Shown: positions 8,513 through 15,442 of the stretch, piece after piece
Layout: every line of letters begins with the position of its first letter
How positions within the stretch are numbered: position 1 is the stretch's first letter
Origin: Acaryochloridaceae cyanobacterium VAR_48_metabat_390
GTDB taxonomy: Bacteria; Cyanobacteriota; Cyanobacteriia; Thermosynechococcales; Thermosynechococcaceae
DNA: 15,453 nucleotides
Direction of reading: 5' to 3'
Assembly: GCA_031422435.1 (NCBI GenBank)
Contig: JANPLU010000062.1
Coordinates: 1-15,453, forward strand
Notes under the pieces: model-generated
The model's input: only the letters and a program-made list of their open reading frames with translations
The model's database searches: none
What the model was told of the DNA's origin: nothing
Program-made: the position numbers and the translations under genes

Positions 8513-9562
8513 TCAAAACTGTTCTCCGCCGCTCACGGTACGGGTTTCATTACCGCGCTGAAGAATGGCCTGTCCGTTTTCAACGCGCACAAATACCCAG
8601 CCGGTAGAATCCAGCATTTCACCAGGCCGAATATTCTGCGTTGAGCCGTTGCGAGAAATGAGCATTGCCGACTTAGAACCCAAATCCAAAATGCCTTGAA
8701 CGGTCACGCCTGATGTAGCCTGGCGCCCCATCGGCATGGCCTGAGGCGCAAGGCTTGGGGGTAGACTGGGGGGCACAAAAGCGGCTGTAGTCTGAGTTTG
8801 ATTTCGGGTCAGAACGGGTAGACGGTTTGAAAGTGCGGAGAGTGCAATGGTTGGAGGAGACGGACGTTTAGCGGCAGTAGATGGCTTCAATTTTTGATCT
8901 GTCCCAACGGCCTTGAACGGCGGTGTGGTGACAGGCGGTAGCACCGCAACAGAAACAGCTTCGTTACGCAACGTTGGAGGCGTAATGCTGGGGGGCGCAA
9001 CGACAGCGACCGGCGGGGAGAGCGGCTGAACCGCTTCTGCGGACTTTAGAGACTCACTTAACTCGGTGGCAAAGGCGATGTCTTGAGGCTGTGCGGCGGC
9101 GATCGCCGGCACAGCAGCCTGAACCACTGCGGCAGAACGCGTAAACGAATTGAACTGAGTAAAGGTTAATAAACTTGCAGAACCCAAAAATGTGCCCCAG
9201 GCGGCGGCAAGCCAAAGGTATGACACTAAAGGTCTTTCCGCTTTATCTATTAGCGTTGACTCCTCACCGTAGAATGGCTCTAAAATGGCGTCCATTTCCA
9301 CGTAGGGGACTAAAAGACTATCTTCAAGCTCGTCAGTTTTGACGGCAAGGGCAAGCTGGCTTGCCGCAGAGGAGATCACTGGCGGAGCGGATGCAGAAGA
9401 TGACAGCTGCCCTAACCCCTCACTCTTAGCGTCTAATTCCTGAAATAGTTCATCCATGAGTAAAGAGGCGTGAGCCTCTACCAAAGCGCTAGGGGTTCGG
9501 TCTGCTGTTTGGCCTGAAGCTTGATCGAAGCCAGAAACATTGACGCTAAAATTTTCAGACAT
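8513..9562 (-). CDS. Bitopic membrane protein with a Pro-rich linker and a C-terminal GspC/PilP-like beta domain
   Basis: Likely start ATG 9562 (MSENF), since the upstream extension to 9724 looks non-coding. Acidic N-terminus, one hydrophobic segment (YLWLAAAWGTFLGSASLLTF), a P/A/S/T-rich linker, then VQGILDLGSKSAMLI..NG....IRPGE.L..TGWVFVRVENGQAILQRGNETRTV. Confidence 0.7.
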   Translation of the reverse strand: MSENFSVNVSGFDQASGQTADRTPSALVEAHASLLMDELFQELDAKSEGLGQLSSSASAPPVISSAASQLALAVKTDELEDSLLVPYVEMDAILEPFYGEESTLIDKAERPLVSYLWLAAAWGTFLGSASLLTFTQFNSFTRSAAVVQAAVPAIAAAQPQDIAFATELSESLKSAEAVQPLSPPVAVVAPPSITPPTLRNEAVSVAVLPPVTTPPFKAVGTDQKLKPSTAAKRPSPPTIALSALSNRLPVLTRNQTQTTAAFVPPSLPPSLAPQAMPMGRQATSGVTVQGILDLGSKSAMLISRNGSTQNIRPGEMLDSTGWVFVRVENGQAILQRGNETRTVSGGEQF

Positions 9563-9600
9563 AAGCGACTCGGGGCACAAGCCTAATGGACAAATTTCGG

Positions 9601-9626
9601 GGTCTTTCAGTTTTGGTCTTTCAGTT
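9601..9626. repeat. Direct repeat GGTCTTTCAGTT x2 (14-bp period)
   Basis: Identical 12-mers at 9601-9612 and 9615-9626, upstream of the minus-strand gene that starts at 9562. Confidence 0.85.
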
Positions 9627-9670
9627 ATTAGGTTACACGACCACCGTTTGTAGTGTTCACCAAAAAATGA

Positions 9671-9698
9671 CAAAAGTTGCACAGGTGTACAAATTTTG
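9671..9698. promoter_or_regulatory. Imperfect palindrome, candidate operator for a dimeric regulator
   Basis: CAAAAGTTGCACA-gg-TGTACAAATTTTG; 11 of 13 arm positions are complementary and it lies in an AT-rich intergenic region. Confidence 0.4.
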
Positions 9699-9733
9699 AA
9701 GCTTGCGCATTGAAAGTGAGTCAATAATTGGCT

Positions 9734-10909
9734 TTAACGTTGGGGGGGAATGCGGGTAAAGGCGATCGCTGCATTTTGTCCCCCAAACCCAAAGCTGAAG
9801 CATAGCGCAGCATCCAGAGCAGCAGAAGGCCGTGCCTGAAGCACCCAGTTCAGGTCATAGGCGGGGGCGCTTAAACCCACACAGGGCGGCAAAATCTGTT
9901 CATACAGTGCCATCAGGCAAAATACCGCACCTAAAGCACCGGAAGCGCCTAAGGTATGCCCCGTTGCGCCTTTGGTGGAACTAACGGCAGTTGATTCAGG
10001 AAATATTTCCTGAATCATTGCGGCTTCTCTCGCGTCGTTGAGCGCCGTCCCCGTTCCGTGGGCGTGGATGTAGCCCACCTGACGGGGGAGTAGCTGGCTG
10101 CGCGTAAGACAGTCCTGCACAGCAGATTTGGCAGTAGTCCAATCCGGATCGGGGGCACTGCAATGATAGGCATCATTTGTAAGCCCAAAACCCAGCACTT
10201 GTCCATAGGGTCTTGCGCCTCGTCGTTGCGCATGATCGCGACGCTCTAAAACCAGCAGTGCAGCCCCTTCTGCTAATGCAAACCCAGTTCGATGCTGGTC
10301 GAAGGGAAAGGCTCCTGTTGTTGCTAACGCGCCCATTTTCTGGAATCCTGCTAGGGTTAAGGGCGTGATGGGGGCTTCGGCAGCACCTGCAATGACGACA
10401 TCACACTGTCCAGTTTGGATTAGCTCGATGCCTTGAGCGATCGCCCAAATACCCGTAGCACAGGCGGCTCTCGGCGACAAGATGGCGCCAGCGTACCCAA
10501 GCTGCTGGGCAACCTGTCCAGCCGGAGACTGTCCATAGATCTGCATCCAGGCAGATAGATCGCAACCACTGCCCTGTCGCATTAGCCCTTCGAGATCCGC
10601 CTGATATCCTCGACTTGACCCAACCGCAACGCCCCACCGAGTGGTGGAAAACCTTTTAGAAGGTAAACCCTGAAGTCCTGCATTTGCTATAACGTCCTGC
10701 AATGTATGCGTCAGCAAAGGCAAAAGTCGAGTGGGCGAGTCTGCAATCAAACCCAGGGGGTAGAGGGGCAGATTGGGGTATGCAGCTTTGAGTCGAATTC
10801 CGCAGTTTCCCTGCAGCAAAGCTTTCCAACCCCGATCTAAGGACGACCCTAGCGCTGAGCTGAGGCTCATTCCTGTGACCCAGACATCCGTTGTCATGAC
10901 CTGCTGCAT
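9734..10909 (-). CDS. Beta-ketoacyl-ACP synthase, FabF-like cyanobacterial paralog (PRK05952-type)
   Basis: Catalytic Cys in AACATG, His residues in YIHAHGTGT..ND and KGATGHTLGA, plus PFD..R.GF.LAEGA and C-terminal SFGFGGQN. Confidence 0.9.
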   Translation of the reverse strand: MQQVMTTDVWVTGMSLSSALGSSLDRGWKALLQGNCGIRLKAAYPNLPLYPLGLIADSPTRLLPLLTHTLQDVIANAGLQGLPSKRFSTTRWGVAVGSSRGYQADLEGLMRQGSGCDLSAWMQIYGQSPAGQVAQQLGYAGAILSPRAACATGIWAIAQGIELIQTGQCDVVIAGAAEAPITPLTLAGFQKMGALATTGAFPFDQHRTGFALAEGAALLVLERRDHAQRRGARPYGQVLGFGLTNDAYHCSAPDPDWTTAKSAVQDCLTRSQLLPRQVGYIHAHGTGTALNDAREAAMIQEIFPESTAVSSTKGATGHTLGASGALGAVFCLMALYEQILPPCVGLSAPAYDLNWVLQARPSAALDAALCFSFGFGGQNAAIAFTRIPPQR

Positions 10910-11153
10910 AATGCGGTTAACCTATCTCACTCGCTTGTCTGAGTACAAGTTTGAAGGTTCTCATTTAATGCTAGACGTTAAGTGTGTAAGCGCTAAATAG
11001 TGGTGTCAATGCGACTACGGTTGAGCAGCTAACAGCATTGGTTTTGGAACGCTGAGGATTAGGTTGTACAGATCAAAACATTGCCTGCGTTCGGCGATCG
11101 CCTCACCTTCGCGTAGGATTTTATTAAAGTGTTGCGAAACCGAGGGAAAACTT

Positions 11154-13079
11154 ATGGAAAAATCATCAGTCTATGCGGAGTATGCAACCCTCAACGCACT
11201 CCCTGAAATTTGGCCTATGTTAGCCCAGCGCTGTGGGTCATTCGTGGCGCTACAGGATGCCTACAGCACCCCTGCCGTCACCCTTACCTTTGCGCAAATG
11301 TCCCAGCAGATTGGTCAGTTTGCGGCAGCGCTCCAAAGTTTGGGTGTGCAAGAAGGCGATCGCATCTCTCTCTTCGCCGACAACTCCGCCCGTTGGTTTG
11401 TGGCAGACCAAGGCTGTATGACCACAGGAGCCGTAGACGTGGTGCGAAGTGCCCTAGCCGATGTTCAGGAGCTAGCCTATATCTACGAAAATAGTGAATC
11501 TTCGGCGCTGTTGATAGAAGACCTCAAAGTCTATAAACAGCTGTTGCCAATGCTTTCTACCGCAAACCTTAAGTTTGTAGGGCTACTTTCCGATGAGCCA
11601 ACGCCCACCGATAGCCTTATCCCCATCGTCAATTTCTCTCGAATGCTGGAGATTGGCAGTGGCTATGCATTTACAGCCCCAATCTTTAAGCTAGATCAGT
11701 TAGCAACCCTACTCTATACCTCGGGCACAACGGGCAAGCCCAAAGGCGTTCGGCTTACCAATGCCAACCTCATGCACCAGATGAATACGTTCTCTGATGT
11801 GCTTAGGCCAGTCCCTGGCGATCGCGCCATTAGCATTCTCCCCACCTGGCACTCCTTTGGGCGCACCGTCAAGTATTACCTGCTGTCCCAAGGCTGTACT
11901 CAGGTCTATACCAATATTCGCAACCTGAAGCGCGATCTGCTCGCCTATCCTCCAGAATTTATGGCAAGCGTGCCCCGCCTATGGGAATCGCTCTACGAGG
12001 CCATTCAAAAGCAGTTCCGCGATCAGCCGGAGTCTAAGCAAAAGCTGGTACGGTTCTTTTTTGGTCAAAGCCAGCGCTACGTTGAGGCGCGGCGGTTGGT
12101 GCAGGGGCTGGATTTGAACAATCTCAATCCTTCCCTAGCGCAGAAGATTAAAGCGCAGCTTCTGTGCTGGGTGCTGGCTCCGGTGCATGGATTGGGCGAT
12201 CGCCTTGTCTACACAAAAGTCCGTGATGCCTTGGGCGGCAAGTTCAAAGCCTCGGTTAGCGGCGGTGGCTCCCTTGCCATGCACCTCGAAAACTTCTTTG
12301 AAATTGTAGGGATTAGCTTGCTAGTGGGCTATGGACTCACCGAAACCTCTCCGGTCCTCACCGTGCGTCGCCTAGAGCAAAATCTGCGCCGTTCTGCTGG
12401 TCAACCACTGAAATTTACTGAGCTGAAAATCGTCAACCCCGAAACGCGCCAGCCGCTGCCCTTAGGTCAGCAAGGCTTAGTGTTAGCCAGGGGACCTCAG
12501 ATTATGGAAGGCTACTACAATAACCCAGAGGCAACAGCCAAAGCCATTGACCCAGAGGGTTGGTTTGACACAGGCGACCTGGGCTGGCTGACTTCCCATT
12601 CTGAACTGGTTTTGACGGGTCGCGCAAAAGACACCATCGTGCTTTCCAATGGCGAAAATATAGAGCCTCAGCCCATCGAAGATGCCTGTACTCGTAGCCC
12701 CTACATTGATCAAATGATGCTGGTGGGTCAAGATCAGCGCTCAATTGGGGCGTTAATTGTACCCAATATCGACGCGCTCAAACTGTGGGCGGCAGGTCAA
12801 AATGCAGTGCTGGTGGGTCACGATGAAGCCCCAACCTCTGAAGGTAAAACCGTCTTAACCTTCGACAGTAAGCTCATCCAAGACCTGTACCGCCAAGAAC
12901 TGGTGAGAGAAGTGCAGAACCGACCTGGCTATCGCGTAGATGACCGGATTGGGCCATTTCAATTTGTGCTAGAGCCATTTTCCATTGACAACGGACTGCT
13001 GACGCAAACTATGAAAGTGCGACGGCCTGTTGTGATGGAACGCTACCGCGATATGATCGACGGGATGTTTGCGTCTTGA
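11154..13079 (+). CDS. aas: Long-chain fatty acid--ACP/CoA ligase (acyl-ACP synthetase, ANL superfamily)
   Basis: AMP-binding motif LYTSGTTGKPKGV, GYGLTET, GWFDTGDLG, GRAKDTIVLSNGENIEPQPIE and C-terminal LTQTMKVRR. ATG 11154 follows a purine-rich GAGGGAAAA. Confidence 0.88.
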   Translation: MEKSSVYAEYATLNALPEIWPMLAQRCGSFVALQDAYSTPAVTLTFAQMSQQIGQFAAALQSLGVQEGDRISLFADNSARWFVADQGCMTTGAVDVVRSALADVQELAYIYENSESSALLIEDLKVYKQLLPMLSTANLKFVGLLSDEPTPTDSLIPIVNFSRMLEIGSGYAFTAPIFKLDQLATLLYTSGTTGKPKGVRLTNANLMHQMNTFSDVLRPVPGDRAISILPTWHSFGRTVKYYLLSQGCTQVYTNIRNLKRDLLAYPPEFMASVPRLWESLYEAIQKQFRDQPESKQKLVRFFFGQSQRYVEARRLVQGLDLNNLNPSLAQKIKAQLLCWVLAPVHGLGDRLVYTKVRDALGGKFKASVSGGGSLAMHLENFFEIVGISLLVGYGLTETSPVLTVRRLEQNLRRSAGQPLKFTELKIVNPETRQPLPLGQQGLVLARGPQIMEGYYNNPEATAKAIDPEGWFDTGDLGWLTSHSELVLTGRAKDTIVLSNGENIEPQPIEDACTRSPYIDQMMLVGQDQRSIGALIVPNIDALKLWAAGQNAVLVGHDEAPTSEGKTVLTFDSKLIQDLYRQELVREVQNRPGYRVDDRIGPFQFVLEPFSIDNGLLTQTMKVRRPVVMERYRDMIDGMFAS

Positions 13080-13108
13080 TTTAGGCACAATGCGCTAAGT
13101 CATAGGAT

Positions 13109-13277
13109 TATGGATTTAACAACTTACACTAATGCCCCTCACCCCAACCCTCTCCCTAGGGAGACGGAGCAAGAGTCCAGTCCCCCTTCTCCCTAGGGAG
13201 AAGGGGTTAGGGGATGAGGGCGTGCAAGGTGTGAAATCCCTTGCCAATCCTCTAAGTTATTTAATTCACGATCCATA
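13109..13277. mobile_element. MITE-like element with TA at both boundaries (IS630/Tc1-like) and a GC-rich palindromic core
   Basis: Left end TATGGATTTAACAACTTA (13109-13126) matches, with gaps, the reverse complement of the right end, TATGGATcgtgaaTTAAATAACTTA (13253-13277). TA at 13109-10 and 13276-77; no coding capacity. Confidence 0.6.
13134..13221. repeat. REP-like nested palindrome
   Basis: Perfect 14-bp palindrome TCTCCCTAGGGAGA (13151-13164) and perfect 24-bp palindrome CCCCTTCTCCCTAGGGAGAAGGGG (13183-13206), inside an imperfect inverted repeat GCCCCTCACCCCAACCC / GGGGTTAGGGGATGAGGGC. Confidence 0.9.
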
Positions 13278-13330
13278 GTGCGTTAACCTCAGATTTTCTG
13301 CCGTTTTGTAGACCTAATACCTTTCTAAGC

Positions 13331-13780
13331 ATGGATATTGTGAGCGATCAGCTATTAGTCCGTCGTGCCATCCCCGTGAAGGCCATTGTCACCCCCCTAT
13401 GGAAAGAAGAAGCCCAGCAGCAGCTTCAGGCGCAAATTAATCAGTTTGACGGTCAGCTTCAGCAGCTAGAGCTTCAGGTTCAGCAGATGATGACTGAGCT
13501 ACAGCGCCAGATGATTGGTCAACCTTCGGATGCCATGAATGCTCAGATTCAAGACCTTCAGTCTCAGGCCAATGCCCGTAAGAGTGAATTGCTAGAGCAA
13601 AAAAACCAGATTTTGCAGCAGCTCAATCAGGTACAGGTGCTAGAAATGGAGCAAGAAGTAGAGCAAGGACAGATTGATAACTTCTTCCATCTTCAAAAAG
13701 GCGATCATCTCATTCGCAAAATGCAGGTAGAAGTGGTGCTACGTGACGGCATTGTCGAAGACATTCGTGGCGAACTGTAG
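13331..13780 (+). CDS. YlqD family protein
   Basis: 149 aa with R...VKAIVTPLWKEE, a Q-rich coiled coil and C-terminal LE.EQEV.QGQI......GD.L..KMQVEVVLRDGIVEDIRG. Confidence 0.85.
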   Translation: MDIVSDQLLVRRAIPVKAIVTPLWKEEAQQQLQAQINQFDGQLQQLELQVQQMMTELQRQMIGQPSDAMNAQIQDLQSQANARKSELLEQKNQILQQLNQVQVLEMEQEVEQGQIDNFFHLQKGDHLIRKMQVEVVLRDGIVEDIRGEL

Positions 13781-13802
13781 GGTGTTTGACGATACGCCCT
13801 GC
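13777..13802 (+). terminator. Stem-loop overlapping the ylqD stop codon (processing or attenuation hairpin)
   Basis: GTAGGGTGT (13777-13785) pairs with ACGCCCTGC (13794-13802) using two G-U pairs; there is no U tract. Confidence 0.35.
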
Positions 13803-13905
13803 GTTAGAATGCTTTACTGAATAAGCTTTGGCTTTAATCCAGCCCTAGATCTGCCCTAGGCTCCTTTTTGACCTTATATAAACCCCTGATTCGGAACGCC
13901 GCCCC

Positions 13906-15219
13906 ATGATTCGTGAAGTTTTCATGCCCGCTCTCAGCTCAACGATGACCGAAGGAAAGATTGTCTCTTGGTCAAAAGCACCAGGGGATAAGGTCGAGAA
14001 AGGGGAAACCGTGTTAGTGGTTGAGTCCGATAAGGCCGACATGGATGTGGAGTCATTTTATGAGGGCTACCTGGCGGCGATCGCCGTCCCTGCTGGAGAG
14101 GCTGCGCCCGTTGGCTCTACCCTAGGACTCATTGCTGAAACTGAGGCTGAAATTGCCCAAGCGCAGGAGAAACTTAAGGGTTCTAGCGCGAGTGCTGCCC
14201 CTGCTGTCACACCCGCCGCTGCGCCTGCCCCTGCTGCTGCCACCCCAGAGCCTGTAGCCGCTGCTGCGCCAGGTCTCAATGGCGCAGCGACCGCCGAAGC
14301 GACCGTAGTTTCTACGGGTCGTATGGTTGCATCCCCACGGGCGCGTAAGCTTGCTCAGCAGTTCAAGGTAGAGCTAAACACCCTTAAAGGCAGCGGCCCT
14401 TTTGGCAGAATTGTAGCGGCAGATGTTGAAGTGGCAGCAGGCAAAATGCCTACAGCTCCCATTTCTCAGTCTGTAGCAGCACCCGCTGCCGCGCTTATGG
14501 CTCCAGCCGTTTCTGCTGCTCCAGCTATTCCAGTAGCGGCATTAGCAGGCGAAATTGCGCCCTTTAATACTCTCCAGCAGGCCGTAAACCGCAACATGGT
14601 TGCCAGCCTACAGGTGCCCACGTACCACGTAGGCTACACCATCACCACAGATGCTCTAGATGTTCTGTACAAGCAGGTCAAGAGCAAAGGTGTGACCATG
14701 ACAGCGCTGTTGGCAAAGGCGGTCGCGGTCACGCTCAAAAAGCATCCGTTGCTGAATGCCTGCTACGCCGACCAGGGGATTCAGTACCGCAGCCAAATCA
14801 ATATCGCCGTTGCGGTCGCAATGCCCGATGGGGGACTCATTACCCCTGTGTTGCGTGCCGCCGATCAGTCAGACCTATACTCGCTCTCACGGAATTGGAA
14901 AGATTTAGTGGAGCGATCGCGTGCCAAGCAGCTTCAGCCCGATGAGTACAGCACGGGTACCTTTACGCTGTCTAACCTAGGAATGTTTGGTGTGGATCGA
15001 TTTGACGCCATTTTGCCGCCTGGTCAGGGGTCGATTTTGGCGATCGGGGCATCTCGGCCTCAGGTGGTGGCAACCAAAGAGGGGCTGATGGGCGTTAAGC
15101 AGCAGATGCAGGTCAATATTACCTGCGATCACCGCATTATTTATGGCGCTGATGCGGCTGCGTTTCTGCAAGATTTAGCCAAGCTGATTGAAACCAATCC
15201 TCAGTCGTTGACGCTTTAA
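13906..15219 (+). CDS. pdhC: Pyruvate dehydrogenase E2, dihydrolipoamide acetyltransferase
   Basis: Single lipoyl domain MPALSSTMTEG...VESDKADM, A/P-rich linkers, subunit-binding domain ASPRARKLA...GSGPFGRI and catalytic motifs TFTLSNLGMFG and DHRIIYG. Confidence 0.97.
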   Translation: MIREVFMPALSSTMTEGKIVSWSKAPGDKVEKGETVLVVESDKADMDVESFYEGYLAAIAVPAGEAAPVGSTLGLIAETEAEIAQAQEKLKGSSASAAPAVTPAAAPAPAAATPEPVAAAAPGLNGAATAEATVVSTGRMVASPRARKLAQQFKVELNTLKGSGPFGRIVAADVEVAAGKMPTAPISQSVAAPAAALMAPAVSAAPAIPVAALAGEIAPFNTLQQAVNRNMVASLQVPTYHVGYTITTDALDVLYKQVKSKGVTMTALLAKAVAVTLKKHPLLNACYADQGIQYRSQINIAVAVAMPDGGLITPVLRAADQSDLYSLSRNWKDLVERSRAKQLQPDEYSTGTFTLSNLGMFGVDRFDAILPPGQGSILAIGASRPQVVATKEGLMGVKQQMQVNITCDHRIIYGADAAAFLQDLAKLIETNPQSLTL

Positions 15220-15258
15220 GTAGTCAGTGCTGCTGCGACTCATTCATAGGTCTTTAAC

Positions 15259-15442
15259 CTACGGTGTACATACAAGTCTTAAGGTTTCCCTTCTGTAAAG
15301 GTTTTTGCCATAAACCGATTCATCAATCCCCTCTCGGGAGGGGCAGGGGTGGGTTAGTCCTGGCGCTACTGACGAACCCACCCCGCCCTACGGGCACCCC
15401 TCCCAGGAGGAGATTCTTGTTGGATTTGTGTGTACATGCTGG
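15259..15442. mobile_element. 184-bp MITE with IS50/Tn5-like (IS4 family) ends and a 9-bp target site duplication
   Basis: GTCTTTAAC at 15250-15258 and 15443-15451. Left end CTACGGTGTACATACAAGTC versus right end reverse complement CCAGCATGTACACACAAATC is 14/20 identical. Confidence 0.75.
15325..15415. repeat. REP-like nested palindrome inside the MITE
   Basis: GGGGTGGGTT (15346-55) / AACCCACCCC (15375-84) perfect; GGGAGGGG (15336-43) / CCCCTCCC (15397-404) perfect; AATCCCCTC / GAGGAGATT 8 of 9; small hairpins CCCCTC-tcgg-GAGGGG and GCCC-tac-GGGC. Confidence 0.9.

Larger units (their letters stand above)
895..14920. repeat. HIP1 octamer GCGATCGC, dispersed (at least 17 copies)
   Basis: Copies read by eye starting at 895, 920, 1143, 1927, 2953, 4378, 5736, 6164, 9099, 9762, 10437, 11094, 11356, 11818, 12196, 14077 and 14913. 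About 0.25 copies would be expected by chance in 15.5 kb. Confidence 0.95.

Noticed and set aside
8154..8561. 135-aa plus-strand ORF, and the other short ORFs nested in or antisense to called genes (for example 726-959, 5076-5402, 7285-7560, 11210-11494, 12483-12744)
   Set aside because: They overlap well-supported CDSs in other frames or strands and have no recognisable motifs, so they are shadow ORFs.
13134..13221. Palindromic repeats as a possible mini CRISPR array
   Set aside because: There are only two unequal palindromes within an inverted arrangement, no regular repeat-spacer periodicity and no cas genes.
13308..13320. GTA-gacctaa-TAC as an NtcA site upstream of ylqD
   Set aside because: The spacer is 7 nt rather than the canonical 8.
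14067..14279. Ala/Gly-rich antisense ORF and repeat-like GCT/CCT runs
   Set aside because: This mirrors the normal Ala/Pro-rich PdhC linker.
895..14920. HIP1 over-representation as a novel repeat
   Set aside because: HIP1 is a well-known genome-wide cyanobacterial feature. Its presence along the window also argues against a recently acquired island.
13109..15442. Composite transposon carrying ylqD-pdhC between the two elements
   Set aside because: The two elements have unrelated ends and each has its own target duplication; the enclosed genes are core genes.
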